A stretch of 64,000 bases of DNA from Zygnema circumcarinatum SAG 698-1b (taxonomy: Eukaryota; Plantae; Zygnematophyceae): contig CM074814.1 of assembly GCA_037447605.1 (NCBI GenBank), positions 1,426,001 to 1,490,000 of the forward strand, read 5' to 3'. The notes under the pieces are model-generated. The model worked only from the letters and a program-made list of their open reading frames with translations, did no database searches and had not been told where the DNA came from. This document shows positions 1-13,100 of the stretch, piece by piece (the first letter of the stretch is position 1; each line of letters opens with the position of its first letter). A program made the translations under genes and the position numbers.

Positions 1-256
1 GTCGGTAGCCAACCAAGGCAAAGGCGAACTATGGCGCGCCCTCAATCCTACGACCACACCGGTCCTTCTGACAAGCATAGGTCTGCTCCACACGGGATGG
101 CCAGTGCTGTAGTTTCTGCTTTGCCTTGGTTGACTTAGACGTGCCTGTCGACCACACTTTCTGCATATTGAGGAGAGGCTCTGTGACTGTCGCAAAAAGG
201 GTCTGTCTCGACTGCATCGTCACGAGCTTGGAAGGAACGCCTGAAGAGAGAAGTTT

Positions 257-3013
257 TCACATGCTGCCCTTTTCTTGATGCCTCAAGTCCCACTTCTGTC
301 GAGTGTGCTTCACTATCCATGGATGCGTCAAAACCTTCGAGAGCGGCAGCCTCTCCTCTGTGCCTCGCACAAGCAGCTGCGGTTTCTTGCAAGCAAGTAC
401 GGAAAAGCGATGTTGTCAGACTCCAGAAATTGACTTTGTTCAACACGGCTTTGCGCTGAAACTTGACCCGCCCATTGACAAAGACCTTGCTGATCGTATC
501 AAGCACCAGCTTCTCGTGTTACACGTGAAAAACTTCCAGTTTAAGGTTCAAGCAACGTCAGATTCCACATCTCAAAGGAAGACACAAGAAACCAACATTG
601 GTACGCGTAAGAAATGTAAACTAATGATGAAAAATCGAGATAATCACGCAAACATTGAGCGTGGAAGTCTTGGAACTACCGCGCTGTGAAAGACAGACTC
701 ACCTTTGAAATAAGGTCCTTCGCATCATTGCTCACTTCTGGCCGTGGTGGAAAGTGGAGGTCAACTTGAATTATGCTGTCGAAAAGAATACAGAACACTG
801 AATAAGGAAACGTAGACAGTCCATGCTTTTTTAGACGGCATTTTTCCAGTAAGACAAATATTATATAAAGAACAACAAGAAGTGAAGTATATTAAGTTGC
901 CATGTTTGCAATTTACGCCGTTGAGCATGAAACCTGACATTTAGTACAAATAGGCAGTTGAGCTCACGACATAACCAGAGTGTGTTAAAGCTTACCGCTT
1001 GTATGTTTCAGTATGTCCTTCCGCCTCAAATGGTGGTAATCCGTAGAGAAACTCATAGCAGAGAACGCCCAAGCTCCAGATGTCCACACTTGCGTCATGC
1101 TCCTCATACTCAACTGCCATTTGTGAAGTCAAAATAGGAGCACGAATCGTCGGCTTGATGTAATCTTACAGCAGAGACAATGGAAAAAATTGAGCAACAG
1201 GCCTCCGCAGCTTTTGCTTACAAAAGCAAAGTTTCAAGATCAGACACACGGTTAGAACAAGCAGTTTCTATAAAGTACCGATAGCCTCAGCAAGTTGAGC
1301 CTTTCATACCCATTTCTGGGGGAAGATAGTCCAAAGTCCCGCACAGAGTCTGTCGTCGACTGTTTGGCGTATGAACCGACCAGCCAAAATCTGAAATTTT
1401 CAAGTCACCCTGCAAAACATATCGCAAGCTCAGCGTCTGAAGGGGGAAGACACTTTTGACGACTGCCCATACTGTAAATCTCATGTTCATGCCAATCCAC
1501 TACAGAAGAAGAAGTAGTAGTAGATTGTCCCATCTTCCTGACAGAATCTGGAGCCATTGTGGCTGTGGGGGAAGATGGTCCTTGTTAAACAATTGAGTCT
1601 TTATCCGTTGTCTTTTGGTCAACCCAGTGCATTAGGCTATGGTGGAAGAAGACAGTAGCACTTACATCCGCGCTGATGAGGAGATTTTCAGGTTTGATGT
1701 CTCTGTGAATCACGTGCTTGGAATGGCAATATTGAAGAGCTCTTGCCAAAGAGGCAATATACTGTACAAGTCACAGCAAGATGGGATTACCATTTGTCAA
1801 TCCGCTGTTGCATAGAAAACAGCGAGCTGGATTTGTGGATAACATGTTTGCTGCTATAAGTTGTGTGGGAACTACGTCACTCAGCATTGTACAAGCACTT
1901 TAGCTCCACAGGAAAGCACCTCCCAAATTCTTATATATTTATGTGAAAACCCGTTCTGAAACAACTTCTGACGCAGCATTTTGGTTAAATACCAAAACTG
2001 CAACCAGTAAATCTGGTTGCTTTTGCCACTTCAGCCACTCATTTCCCTTTCTCCGTGATCGTCCCTACATTGCATGCTCTAACACTTGTCCTCTCTCCCT
2101 TCCTCCTGCTCCCTCAGCTCCATCCAAAGAATCAACTGTGCATTCAATCTGCTCGACCGAGTCAAAACCACAACACATTCACAAGCGATGGTAGAACTGT
2201 ATCGTAAATATGGCGTAACCTACCATAGCTGCACGCTTCTCATCGAAGTAGTGATGCTTCTGAAGCTCTTTGTATAGCTCTCCTTTTGGAGCATATTCCA
2301 ACACGAGGTAGACTTGAGTCTGCACAAAGTGGAGGAAAAGCTGTATTCATCATCAAAACGAAATAAAAATGTATATTCGCATCGTCAGCATTCGAAATGT
2401 GCAATGTGTGACAAAAGCTTCCTCGCACTTGAATATGATGTGCCTGTATTGCAGCCTTGAGCAGCTACCAAACCTTGCAAGAAGCAACGTCCTAGATTGC
2501 GCTTTGAACACCACTACCACTTACCTGATCATAAAAGTAACCGTACAATCGTAAGATGTTTGGGTGTCGTAGATGACTCTGAATCTCTATTTCTCGTCGA
2601 AGTTGATGCTCTACCTGAGATTGATTGATTTGGCTTTTTTTCAACACTTTTAGAGCCACTAACTTTTTGCTCTGCGTGCCATGCAACAGCACCAACACAT
2701 CACCCGAAACTCACTGCGGTGAAAATCTTCGAATCACTTTCTTCAATAACAATACAAGGAGACTGCAGGCTACCACTAGTAGCATATTGTAGATAAGAAG
2801 CAATGTTACAAACAAGCAATTTGATCTTAAAAGGAGCTCTAGGTGCAAAAGAGTAATTTGACCTACTCTTTTTTCCCGCGCCAGGTACACGATGCCAAAT
2901 TTTCCGCGGCCAAGCGGATTTCCGACATCGAAATCACTCAGCTGCCATCGCTTTTCCTCACACTGTTTTTCCAGTAACGATTCCTTTCCTGTTTCTTCAG
3001 AATTTTGATCCAT
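257..3013 (-). CDS. AUR: Aurora kinase (Ser/Thr kinase), multi-exon
   Basis: Spliced exons read [27 protein letters not shown] (2867-3013), [11 protein letters not shown]...[27 protein letters not shown] (~2525-2670), [33 protein letters not shown] (~1315-1413), [25 protein letters not shown] (~1000-1115), [24 protein letters not shown] (~703-777) and a last exon [22 protein letters not shown]...* (257-376). These are diagnostic Aurora motifs. The start codon (3013) may be preceded by another exon. Confidence 0.95.
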
Positions 3014-3846
3014 GTTCACTCATTTAAATGAAGGCAATGAAGGTGAGAACCTTCTCGCTGACCAAAAACTGATAACGTACTTTCGTTCATTAAATTGGTA
3101 CTGGTTTTGCCCTATGCCTCAAAATCAGAAGGTCACATGCACATCCTGACGTCAGCCCTAGCTGTCCTTACTCAAGCCCCTGCAATTTACGACACAACAC
3201 GAAAACAGTCTTCTCCTCGCTTCGAGCTGACCCTGCGCGGATCCCCCTCTTCAGTTCCTCTCTCTATCCCTCCACTCCCGTTTCGCTGTCTCCCACCTCT
3301 CTCACCTCTCTCGCCCTGCGCTTTGCCTCCACCTGACTCTCCCTCCGTCAATGTCTCCCTTCCAAGCGCTCCCTCTGTCACTCTACCTTATCTTCTACCA
3401 CCTCCTCCCTCGCTCTACCTCTCTCCCCCTCTTTCTGCCCCGCTCCTCTCTGTCTCGCTCTCACTCTTCCTCAGTCGACTTCTCACTCTCTCTCTCTCTC
3501 TCTCTCCCTCTCTACCGCCCTCCTCTCCACTCTGCACCTCCTCCCAGCTCCCCTCAAAGCAGAGGTCTGAGAGTCATGGCCGGGCGCCTTTTCACCGCCG
3601 CGAACTTCATATTTTAATCGAGCAATTTCCAATCACAAGTCACCACGTGTACAAATACGCCCACATGGCGTAATGTTATTGGTAGAGGCCCAACTACCTC
3701 TCGCTACGGAGGCCGCCCGCGGCGAGGGCTGCGACGCGGCAGCGCGGGAAACACATTCGAAAAAGAAGGCCCAAAAACGAAAAAACTGTTTCGAATAAAA
3801 ATTTAGAAAGTAGAAATAATTTGATCAGTGGGCAGGCCCGGATAGC

Positions 3847-4185
3847 TTCAACGGTCAGAAACATTACCCGTCAGCCAATCGGCGACGATGGGGATACTCA
3901 CAATGTAATTTATTTCGTTGGCGGTCAGCAAGACGAGAACACTTCCCTTTGGAAATTGGGAAATTTGGGCTCTCGAGTCCTAACGATGCAAAAGCCACCA
4001 GTAGGGCGTGTCAGACAACCAAATGTTACGGATATTGAGTTTTTAGTAGTACTAAAACCGATGTTACTAAGTACTGAAATTTACGGCGTTCCCGAACCTA
4101 AACCGAACCGAACCGAACCGAAGTCAGCTGTGCCAAGTCAACGGGTCAATGTTGTGAAGATTGACCGCGCGGTTTACTGAAACGG
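3847..4185. promoter_or_regulatory. MSA-like (MYB3R) elements upstream of Aurora kinase
   Basis: TTCAACGGTCA at 3847-3857 is one mismatch from the MSA consensus YCYAACGGYYA. Further AACGG cores at ~4140 and 4181; (AACCG)n run at ~4101-4121. Confidence 0.4.
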
Positions 4186-5404
4186 GCACTTCTCCGCACG
4201 ATTTTGTTCGCACTCAAAAGAGGCGCCGAGGACGTGCAAATGGCGAAAATCGCGTAAAATCTTTGAGCCATTTCTGCACACGTGGCGAGCCGTGGTTGGC
4301 CTATGTTAAAATTAAAAATTAACCGGATACGAGCGGAGGACGGCCCTCACTTTGAGTTTGTCGCGACGTGGCGGCGCTTCGCTCCCGCGCGGGCCGTGAC
4401 GTGACGTGACGCCCGCTGTTTGGGCCGGTTTTTGCTTTTGTGCGGTCGCGGGTTCGAGGGCGGAGGGCCGCGCGAATGAAAGGGGGAGGGGCGGAGACGG
4501 CGAACAAAGTGGAGGGAGGACAAGACCGCGAAAAACGGAACTCGGGGATATTCGTTTTACTAACGTTGACTAGAAATATCGACTTTTTAGTATTACAAAA
4601 ACATTTTAAGTCTGACACGCCCTAATATAACAAGCTTATTCGGAATTGAAAGCTTCAGCCTTCAGCAGTGTACACCAGTGCAGTAACAGCGACATGCTTC
4701 TGTAAAATCAAATTTCTTCTAATTCCAAGAGACATTCCCAAGTGGATCATTTAACTCCACCCGGCTTTCTCCAGATGAAAGGGAAGCTTCGACCACACAT
4801 CACTAAATGAATCGTTCTCGAGAAAGGACCAACTTCCCAACATCAATTCAATCACCAGGCCAGGACAGTGTTGCCATGGCGCCGGACTTTAGAGACCCCC
4901 AGACCGTGAACCCACCCTTCCCACTTCTTATTCCAGAACAGTGGGGCAACACGACAACAGAATCCGTTCGATCAGAAAGGGGCCCTCTGCGAGTTCCCAG
5001 AGCCAGTCCTGGCCGGGTGCTGAACCTTAAGCTGCTCCTGACAGCACTAATGTTCAAGCCCAGCCTCTTCCACTCTGCCAAGCTCTTTCACACTTGACAA
5101 GGCTCAACCAGCCTGAGCTTCTTCAAAGACAAACTCCACTTGTAGGCCTCTAAGCACAATGCTTCCGATTTCGGCAAACAGTGATCTACTTTTTGCATGG
5201 TCACAATCCTGCAATAAGTCGTCCACATGATGATGACTCGCTGACAAGGGCTGGCCGAAGTGTGACCATCTAGTCTGTAGGAATCAACTAGTGTAGGAGC
5301 CCCAGCATTTGTAGGGCACTCGGGACAGCATTAATAAAAGTGAGTAGCAATAACACGAGGAAAAAGAAACAAAAGAATAATGACTAACCTAAATAAACGT
5401 CACC

Positions 5405-8400
5405 TTAAGTGACGGCTTCCGGAGCGGAGTTGCAGTAAGAGGTGTTTAAGCAGAGGACCTTCGTGCCAGAGAGGCTCACCAACACTATCGCCACTCCCAG
5501 CCCCAGCCCCCACCATGTCCTCCTGCGATCTACTCCTGCAGCCCTCGTTAGGAGCTCCGTTCCTGCAGCAGGAATCAGGCAGCCGCATGCGAGGACCATC
5601 CAGTAGTCGAGGCCCCTATAGTCGATTCCGGCACCCATGGCCCCCCATGCCCCAACTGGCCCCGCAAGGCCTGTGAGAGCTGCAGCCATGAGGGCGGTAG
5701 AGCCGCTCTTGTTGGCCCCATACATGGCGCTCGCTACAGCTATGCCACGTGGGAGTCCATGGAGGGCGACTGGCAGCAGCATGTACATCCCCAGACCCTC
5801 TGCATGGGGTGCTGCCACTCCCAACATGAGGCCTTCCGAAAGAGCATGGCCCACGACTGCTCCACATGCCAGCATAGCTGCGAGACTTATGGGAGTCATC
5901 CACTGTGACTTTTCCATGGGGAGGATCTCGCCTGCTGCACTCTTTTTACTGACAGCTTTCTTTCTCAATAATCGAGAGACTCCTAAAAAGAGAAATGCGC
6001 CTGTGTAGAGTAAACCCATTATATGGACGATGCCCATCTTCCCTCCCAGCAAGAGCTGCATGGGTCGCCATAAGGCGAGAGCAAGCATCACTCCTCCCGA
6101 TAGACCCGCCAGGACTGTGGAGTGGAGAGGGATGAGCCTTCTGATGAGAACGACAAGAAGGCCTCCAAGAAAAGGCCCCAGCACGAAGAGGAGGGAGTAC
6201 AGTGTGGGGCCAAGATATTCCCATCTGCATGAGACATGCCTCAAAATGTAAGCTTCAGCGCCCACTATGTATGATAGCATGACTGCACACGGGTTTCTGC
6301 AGGTTAGCATTGACCTCGTTTAGACTTAATTCTTCACCCATGTTTTATCTGGATACTGCACTGCCTACAATCAGCAATTGCTCCCAAGTTCTGGAAATTG
6401 CATCATTTCACCACTGAGTGCTAATTTCATTGAAAGAACCATATATCTCACCTCGGAGGTCCATCCATGCCCTGCAGGAGCGTCCCAACACCTTCCATCA
6501 CAGCCACAGATATTGTTGCAGCTGACGCAACATGAGATGGATTGGATTCCTGCAGTTCAGCAGCCAGGGAAATCAAATCATCAAATGCTGCACGGGATGC
6601 TTTGCAGCAGTGGATATTGAGAGGACACGATAACTAAGTGGTTACTGGTGACTATATCCTACACGCTAAGGTGACAAAAATGCTGTATAGGAAGCGACTA
6701 TGAACAAATGTAGGCCCAATAGCCCCAACAGGTAGCTTAGTGGTAAAAAGGCAGCTAAAGAGACTAAAAAAAAAAAACAGTGCCGGATTGAAGCACAGAC
6801 GGCGACATATAAATTTGAAAACGGGTGCAAGTTCAATGGTTGAAAACGACTCTGCAATCAGGAGTTCCATTCATCGCTCTATGGCCAGAGACACAGTTTT
6901 CAAAAAATAATATCCGACTTTCCACTGCTCTGTATGCTGTAATTCCTCTCTCCCTTTCTTTCTTTCTTTCTTTCTTCCTTTTTTCTCCTTTCTATACTTT
7001 TCTCCTTTTTCCCTTTCTCTCTTCCTTTCTCTCTCAATGTAGAACATAGCTAACAACGTACTGCAAGTGTTGAACTAGTGAGGAATGGGCTTTTCTACCC
7101 AAGTGATGATGCGATTTTCATACTACTAGTCACCAACCTAGAAGGTAATAGTAGACCAGCATGTCAGAATTGCAGGACTGTACCAACGCCTCGGCCTACC
7201 GTATTAGGCTTTCAATTCAAGGACCTCCCCTGCTAGACCCTACAAATTTTCAAGGGCACGGAAGGTGCTATGCTTTTAGTATGCATTCAATTCAACTTAG
7301 CGACTACAAGTATTCACTGCGTTAAATTTTCCAAAAGCGTGAAGCCACAAATGCCACACCTCGATCAATTCAATTATAGTAAACGTAGCTTATGGATCGA
7401 TAACTCTTTGAACCCCCGCCAAAACTCCGCTTCAGTTATATGCTCATCCAGGTCACCGTTGCGGCAATACTTATTCTTGCTATTTAGAGAGTTCCGTCCC
7501 AGGCCATAACGAGCAGGCCATTCTAGGCAATGAAGTTTCTTGACGCACAGTAAAACCTGTCCGAACTGCTCACCTTCAAGCTATCTGGCATCACTTCGCC
7601 AAAAACCATCCAGATCATGCAACCTGCTGCAAACCCCATGCAGATTGGCAGGAACTGGTTGAACGTTTCGGCACACAAGAAGGCCGGCACCGCGACAAGA
7701 GGCTGCCATCCTCCGCAAAACACAACAAATGTAAGGTAAAAGCACTTCCATCGCCACTTGATAGAGGAATGGAAAGAAGGAGCTCAGGATCGAATGCACC
7801 ATCATCCCTTGACACATGTTCTTAGAATTGACTGTAACCTGCGTAATTGAGGTGACATCTCTAATCACGAGGCATACAGAAGCAAGTATCCATGTTCACA
7901 GGAGTACGCATCGATATGCAAACCATACTCAAGGAACTGACCTGAGGAAGGCTGGTGAAGATGCTCCACAGCATGGCCTGCCTTGCGGGTACACCCCGAG
8001 ATGCCATAACCATACTCACAGCGAGTCCCTCGGGAATGTTATGCACTGCGATGGCAATTGTGACAAGCAGACCTTGCGCATAGCCTGTTGGTCCAGCAAA
8101 TGACACTCCGACACCGGAACCCTCGCCAAATGAATGGAGGGTCATGATGGCAATAATGAGGCACATCTTTTTTGCATCTGCTCCCTTGAGCTCCATCATT
8201 TTAACGTCCCCGAAACTTTCCAAAACCTGCACACACAACTCAAGCCTGCTCAAACACAAACCGCATAGCTGAAACAGTTTCACCAGCAAGTTCAAAGCGT
8301 CCACACAGTGAACCTCGCTTTGAAAAAGTCAAGTCAAGCAGACGAGACATACTTAGAAGCTTACTTTCATGAGGATTGACACGCCTTCCGCTATCTAAAC

Positions 8401-8947
8401 TCAGTCAGCTTTATCAGAAGTGAGCTTCCCTTACCTTCTGACTAACAAGAATAAACAGTCCGCCCAAAAGAATTCCCAAAACCACACATTCTCCTCCGCC
8501 GTGCGCCTGCCCTTCTACGACAAGGTCAAAGCTGGCTGCCAGCATAACCCCGCATGCGATGCCATTGCAAATCCCCTGCCAGGCGGCTGCAAGCTTGAAA
8601 AAAAAGAAAGGTAAGGCACCAAGGCCTGTTGCAGCAGCCATAAGGAATGTCAATACGGCGACGGTTGACACTGGAACATGCGGCCGTTCCACAACTCCTT
8701 TAGTCAGAGCTCCTAGCCCTAAAGTCTTCAGACTGGCTACGACGGCTGGAGACTTTCCGTCATTTGGCTTTGCGATCGCGAGGGTCTCTGAGGCCCCTCT
8801 GTTTGCAGTGCTCAAACTATTTTGCTCCTCTTGGTCGCTTTCTCCAAGGCAGACGACTAACAAAGTGGCACAAACAGCCAGAGCAAGGTACCGTCTCCAT
8901 AAATCGCACTCCCTCTCGCTCCGAACCAGGAGCGTGGGAGACGGCAT
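5405..8947 (-). CDS. ZIP-family (ZupT/GufA-like) metal transporter with two ZIP repeats
   Basis: Exons ~8430-8947, ~7960-8230, ~7580-7705, ~6455-6550 and 5405-~6300. ZIP signatures LHSFGEGSGVGVSF...IAIAVHNIPEGLAV and a second repeat GHALSEGLMLG...VALHGLPRGIAVA; many hydrophobic segments; N-terminal signal-like stretch. Confidence 0.93.
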
Positions 8948-9130
8948 GGCGCAACTCCAGCCCTGGTACTGCTTCAGGAGATAAACAGGGGGGCTTACGG
9001 GTACCCTGATGCAGAGTAAACTATTCAATGAACACACAACGGATGCAATAAACAGGAAACATGCATAGGTTAAAGCGGGGAAAGCGGCATGGGAAGTCGA
9101 CTACAGTCGAACAGTCGGGAGTCCAAGCGA

Positions 9131-9195
9131 AGGAGAGAGAGAGAGATAGAGAAAGAGAGACAGAAAGAGAGAGGAAGAGGGAGAGAGACAGAGAG
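9131..9195. repeat. GA/CT microsatellite in ZIP gene leader
   Basis: Interrupted (GA)n tract; reads CT-rich on the transcribed minus strand. Confidence 0.85.
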
Positions 9196-10156
9196 TTAAG
9201 GAGGTTGTGACAGGAGCAAGTGGCAACCAGCGCCAAAAGGGAAAAGGAGCGACTCCATTGCTGCTCTGTCCTGATTTGCGCCAATCACAGCAGGTCACGT
9301 GTCATAACATGCATACGTGGCACTTCCTCATTGGCTGTCTTGTCAGATGTAGTACCCTGCAACACGCCAGCCGCCCCCCCCCCGCGCTAGATGAGCCCCG
9401 GCGGCCGAATGCCACGACGCGGCATTTGGTGGGGGTCGGTTCGGAGATTCCCCGAAAGGAAGGAATCATTTGGGCCGCCGCCGGGGGGATCCGGCAAAGG
9501 AAGGCCGCCTGAACCGGCCCCGGCGGGGCGGCGCTGACTTGGCCGCCCGACCCGATCTGGGGGCGGGGAGCCGTCCGATCAGGGTTGGGGGACAGGGCGG
9601 CCAGCGTGGCCGTCACTTGACGCGACCGAAATTGACTCCGTACGCTTCAGGCTGCCAACTCAGCGACGACATTCGGTTTGTCGCCAGTGGCGGTTGACGT
9701 GGCACTTTCCCATTGGTGGGTGGGTCACAAGTACAGCAGCAGAGTCGAAGATATTCCAGCTCAGATGAGCGCAATCTTCGGAAATCGTCTGTTGCAAGGA
9801 ACGGGTACTTTACAAATTATTCAGTTCAAGAGTTTCAATTTATGATCTCCTTTTTAAGAGTACGGAATCTAAATATTGCAAGTTTCCGACATGGATTAAG
9901 CACTTACGGAACGTTTCTAGATCCATGAATCAGGGTTCCCGTAAAGTAAAAATAGATGTTCAACGGAACGGAGTGTTCCATGCTGGTCAGCGTTGTCTAG
10001 GATCCGAGTTCGAGTTTAGGGTTAGGGCTAAGGGCCGGACTGGGACTGGGTCCTGGGAGGTGTACCCTAGTCCCTTGGCCCTCGCAGGCAGTTCTATCAG
10101 GGTGAGAGAGGAGAGGGCAGTGCGAGGGAGGGGGTGCAGGTTCTGCCTTCTGAGCG

Positions 10157-13100
10157 ATGGCGCCTGTGGAGGTGGCCAGTCTTCCTGTGCTGCAAGCTCA
10201 AATCAAGCGCGACCCGGGGGGATATGAGCAGGAGTTCCTCATGCAGTACCGCCACTATCGAGCTGCGCTGGCCATGTTCTCGCTGAAGCCGAGCGCGGAG
10301 AGCAAGGAGTTTTGCGACCTCGTCATGTTCATGTCGCAGGTGGCGAGCTGCTATCCGAAAGATGCCTCTTCGTTTTCATCTGATATCATGACTCTGTTGG
10401 ACACACACGGGCCTTCTCTCCACCCATCAGTGAGGCGGCACCTGGTGCAAGCTCTCATTCTATTGCGCAGTCGGAAGGTGAGAGCTGCTCTTTCGGAAAT
10501 TCTCGTGTTGCACTTTATGGAAGGCGCCTCCCGGAGGTACCTTTTGTGGAACTTTAGGGTTTCTCTGAAGGCTGCGAAGAGGCTGATTTCACGCAGGTCG
10601 TTGATCCTACGGACCTCCTTCCGCTCTTCTTCAGACTCTTTCGGTGCACAGATAAGGCGCTGCGACAATTGCTCTTTTCACATATCGTGCATGACATTAG
10701 ACGGGGGAATGCAAAACATAAGGATGATCGTCTGAATCGTTACCTTCAGAATTTTCTCTATGGCATGGTCCAGGTGGGTCTCTTTGACCAATGCCTTCTC
10801 TCCTGTAATGACTATCGAAGCAACATAACAGGACATAGCAACATGGGGTTGCCTTTTGGAATTTTAAGGTCGGTGACCATGGGCCATTAAAGCGCATTAT
10901 AGGACAAGACGTAAAATTTCAGAACACATGCTTATACTGTAATAAACGAGATATTAGAAGCTGCTTTCCGTGAAAGAAATTTGCTCTTGAATGATGGAAC
11001 CCTGCATTCTTGTGAATCACTCCAAGGTCGGAAGTTTTTTTAATGTGAAATTTGAACTCGTTCATTTACAGTTTACTTATCGTAAAGAATAGTTACAAGC
11101 TTACAAGTTTACTTTGGGAGCATTCATTTTGTCTAGTTGACGATTACTTATAAATAGAGAGTGATGCCAGTTGGATGGTAAGAAGGAGCTGAGGGTAGAT
11201 GGAAACTACACTTCACATGTTAAATCTCCATTTATCTTGTTTAAGATACTCTGAATGAGGTGCTTCACGTCAATGAAGAAAAAGCAGAGTCAGGAGAAAC
11301 TGGCGTCTACAGCAGTTGATTCGTGATAACGAAGAGGATGTTCACTCGAGGCATTGGATTATTGCTAGAGTGAACGGCGAAAGAGAAGGGTTGCATGGTT
11401 TCTTACCCTAAGTATGTGAGTGAGGAGGTGCTGATACTGGTGGGTCCCGACCATTCTTTGGGACAGGATGAAAATGAGACAGCAGCAAAGAAATCCTTGG
11501 CTGTTCTGATAGAGCTTCATCGACGCCAAGTTTGGACTGATGCGAAAACAGTTAACGTCATTTCCTCTGCGTGCTTCCACAAATCCACTGGGTAAGTTGG
11601 TTTCAAATCAGAACGCACAGAGAGATAACTGAAGATAACATAATTCTCTGTGCCTCTTGGATGTGAGGCAATTGAGAACCCGGCCTACTGCTATCGCCGT
11701 TAAGTTTCCTAGCGAAAATTGTCTTTTTATTTGCCATGTTCTCAGTCTTCTTGCAGATGTTGTTGTGCACGTTGTCAACAGTTGATGAGATGGTGGGACT
11801 TGCAGGATCATGGTTGCGGCTCTCAAATTTTTCCTGGGCTCGGATCAGAATGGTGATGGATCTGACACGGAGGAAGAGGACGATGATGAGAATAAAAAGA
11901 GCACCCAAGTTACGCTTGATCGAGAGGCTGTCTACAAGGTGATGATAGGTCTGTGGAATACTCGAGGACTATATCCAGAGTCTGTGGACGGATGAATATT
12001 TTCACAATTGCTAAATATTAAGTTTTTCTTGTTAGCTGAAATCCAAGTTCCCACCCTTGTTGTCGTCACCTACTTCTTATCACTTTACGGCACATGTTTC
12101 ATCACGGATTCTGCCAGCATAGGTTTGTCGTTGCCATAAACAAAAACCACACTGTAAGGGTGGGACATAAGTATAGAAGTGATCATGTTCACCTTCTGCA
12201 CTGCCCTTTAGCGCTTTATTTGAAGGGCTAAAGGAGCTGTATCTACAACACGTTTTGACACCCTTCGTGTACTCTTACTGACAAGCATTCGTGCTGATAT
12301 TTGTTTCACATATGGAGTCAAACAATCAGTCACCAGAGCATATGCTTTGTCTGGATATGCTGACTCTGAGAAGGGACCAAATGGGCTGTGGGATGGGTTG
12401 TGTACAGGCGTATAACAAGGGCACTAATTCAAGCAAGAAGAAAAAACAGGCGAAATTGCAGCGTGTTTTGCACGGTTTGAAGAAGCAGCAACGAGCAGCT
12501 TCCGGAGGTGCGACTGGGCAGGCCAGTTTTGCAGCGCTGCATCTACTGCATGACCCGCAGGTGCATTCCTGGAGTGTCCTGCATAGCCAAGGGGCTAAGT
12601 TCCCTTAATTCTTTCCCTTTTTTTTCATCTTTTTATGGAGTGATTCCATGTAACAGGGCGTGCCATCTTGATGGGTTTGATGAATAACAGTCAAGTGCTT
12701 GGATTCCTTTCACGTAGCCTGCTTTATGCTTCAGTGGAAAGAAGTGGATGTCAGTCTTAGCAATTGTCTCGGTTTGCCGTGTGCAGGGTTTCGCAGAGAA
12801 GTTGTTTGCAACTCTCAGGTCTTCTAATGAGCGGTTTGAGGTATTCACTCCATCCATACTCAGTTCAGCCTTTGTCTACTCCCTGTCCTCTAGTCCTCTC
12901 TTCCCTTTTACATCTCCGTCTAACCCGTTCTCTCTCACACAATCATCACACCGCTGCTGCTGACATCTTCCTGTATCCATTTTTGCCGCACTCCTAATCC
13001 ATTTGTGGGGCAAAGTGCAGGTGAAGCTTCTGATGATGAACGTCATATCGCGGGTGATTGGGACCCATCGCCTACTTGTTCTCAATTTTTACCCCTTCCT

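Noticed and set aside
3095-3673. Pro/Ser/Leu-rich ORFs here and at 13129-13528, 13976-14425 and 44862-45686
   Set aside because: Products of CT/GA low-complexity UTR or intron tracts.
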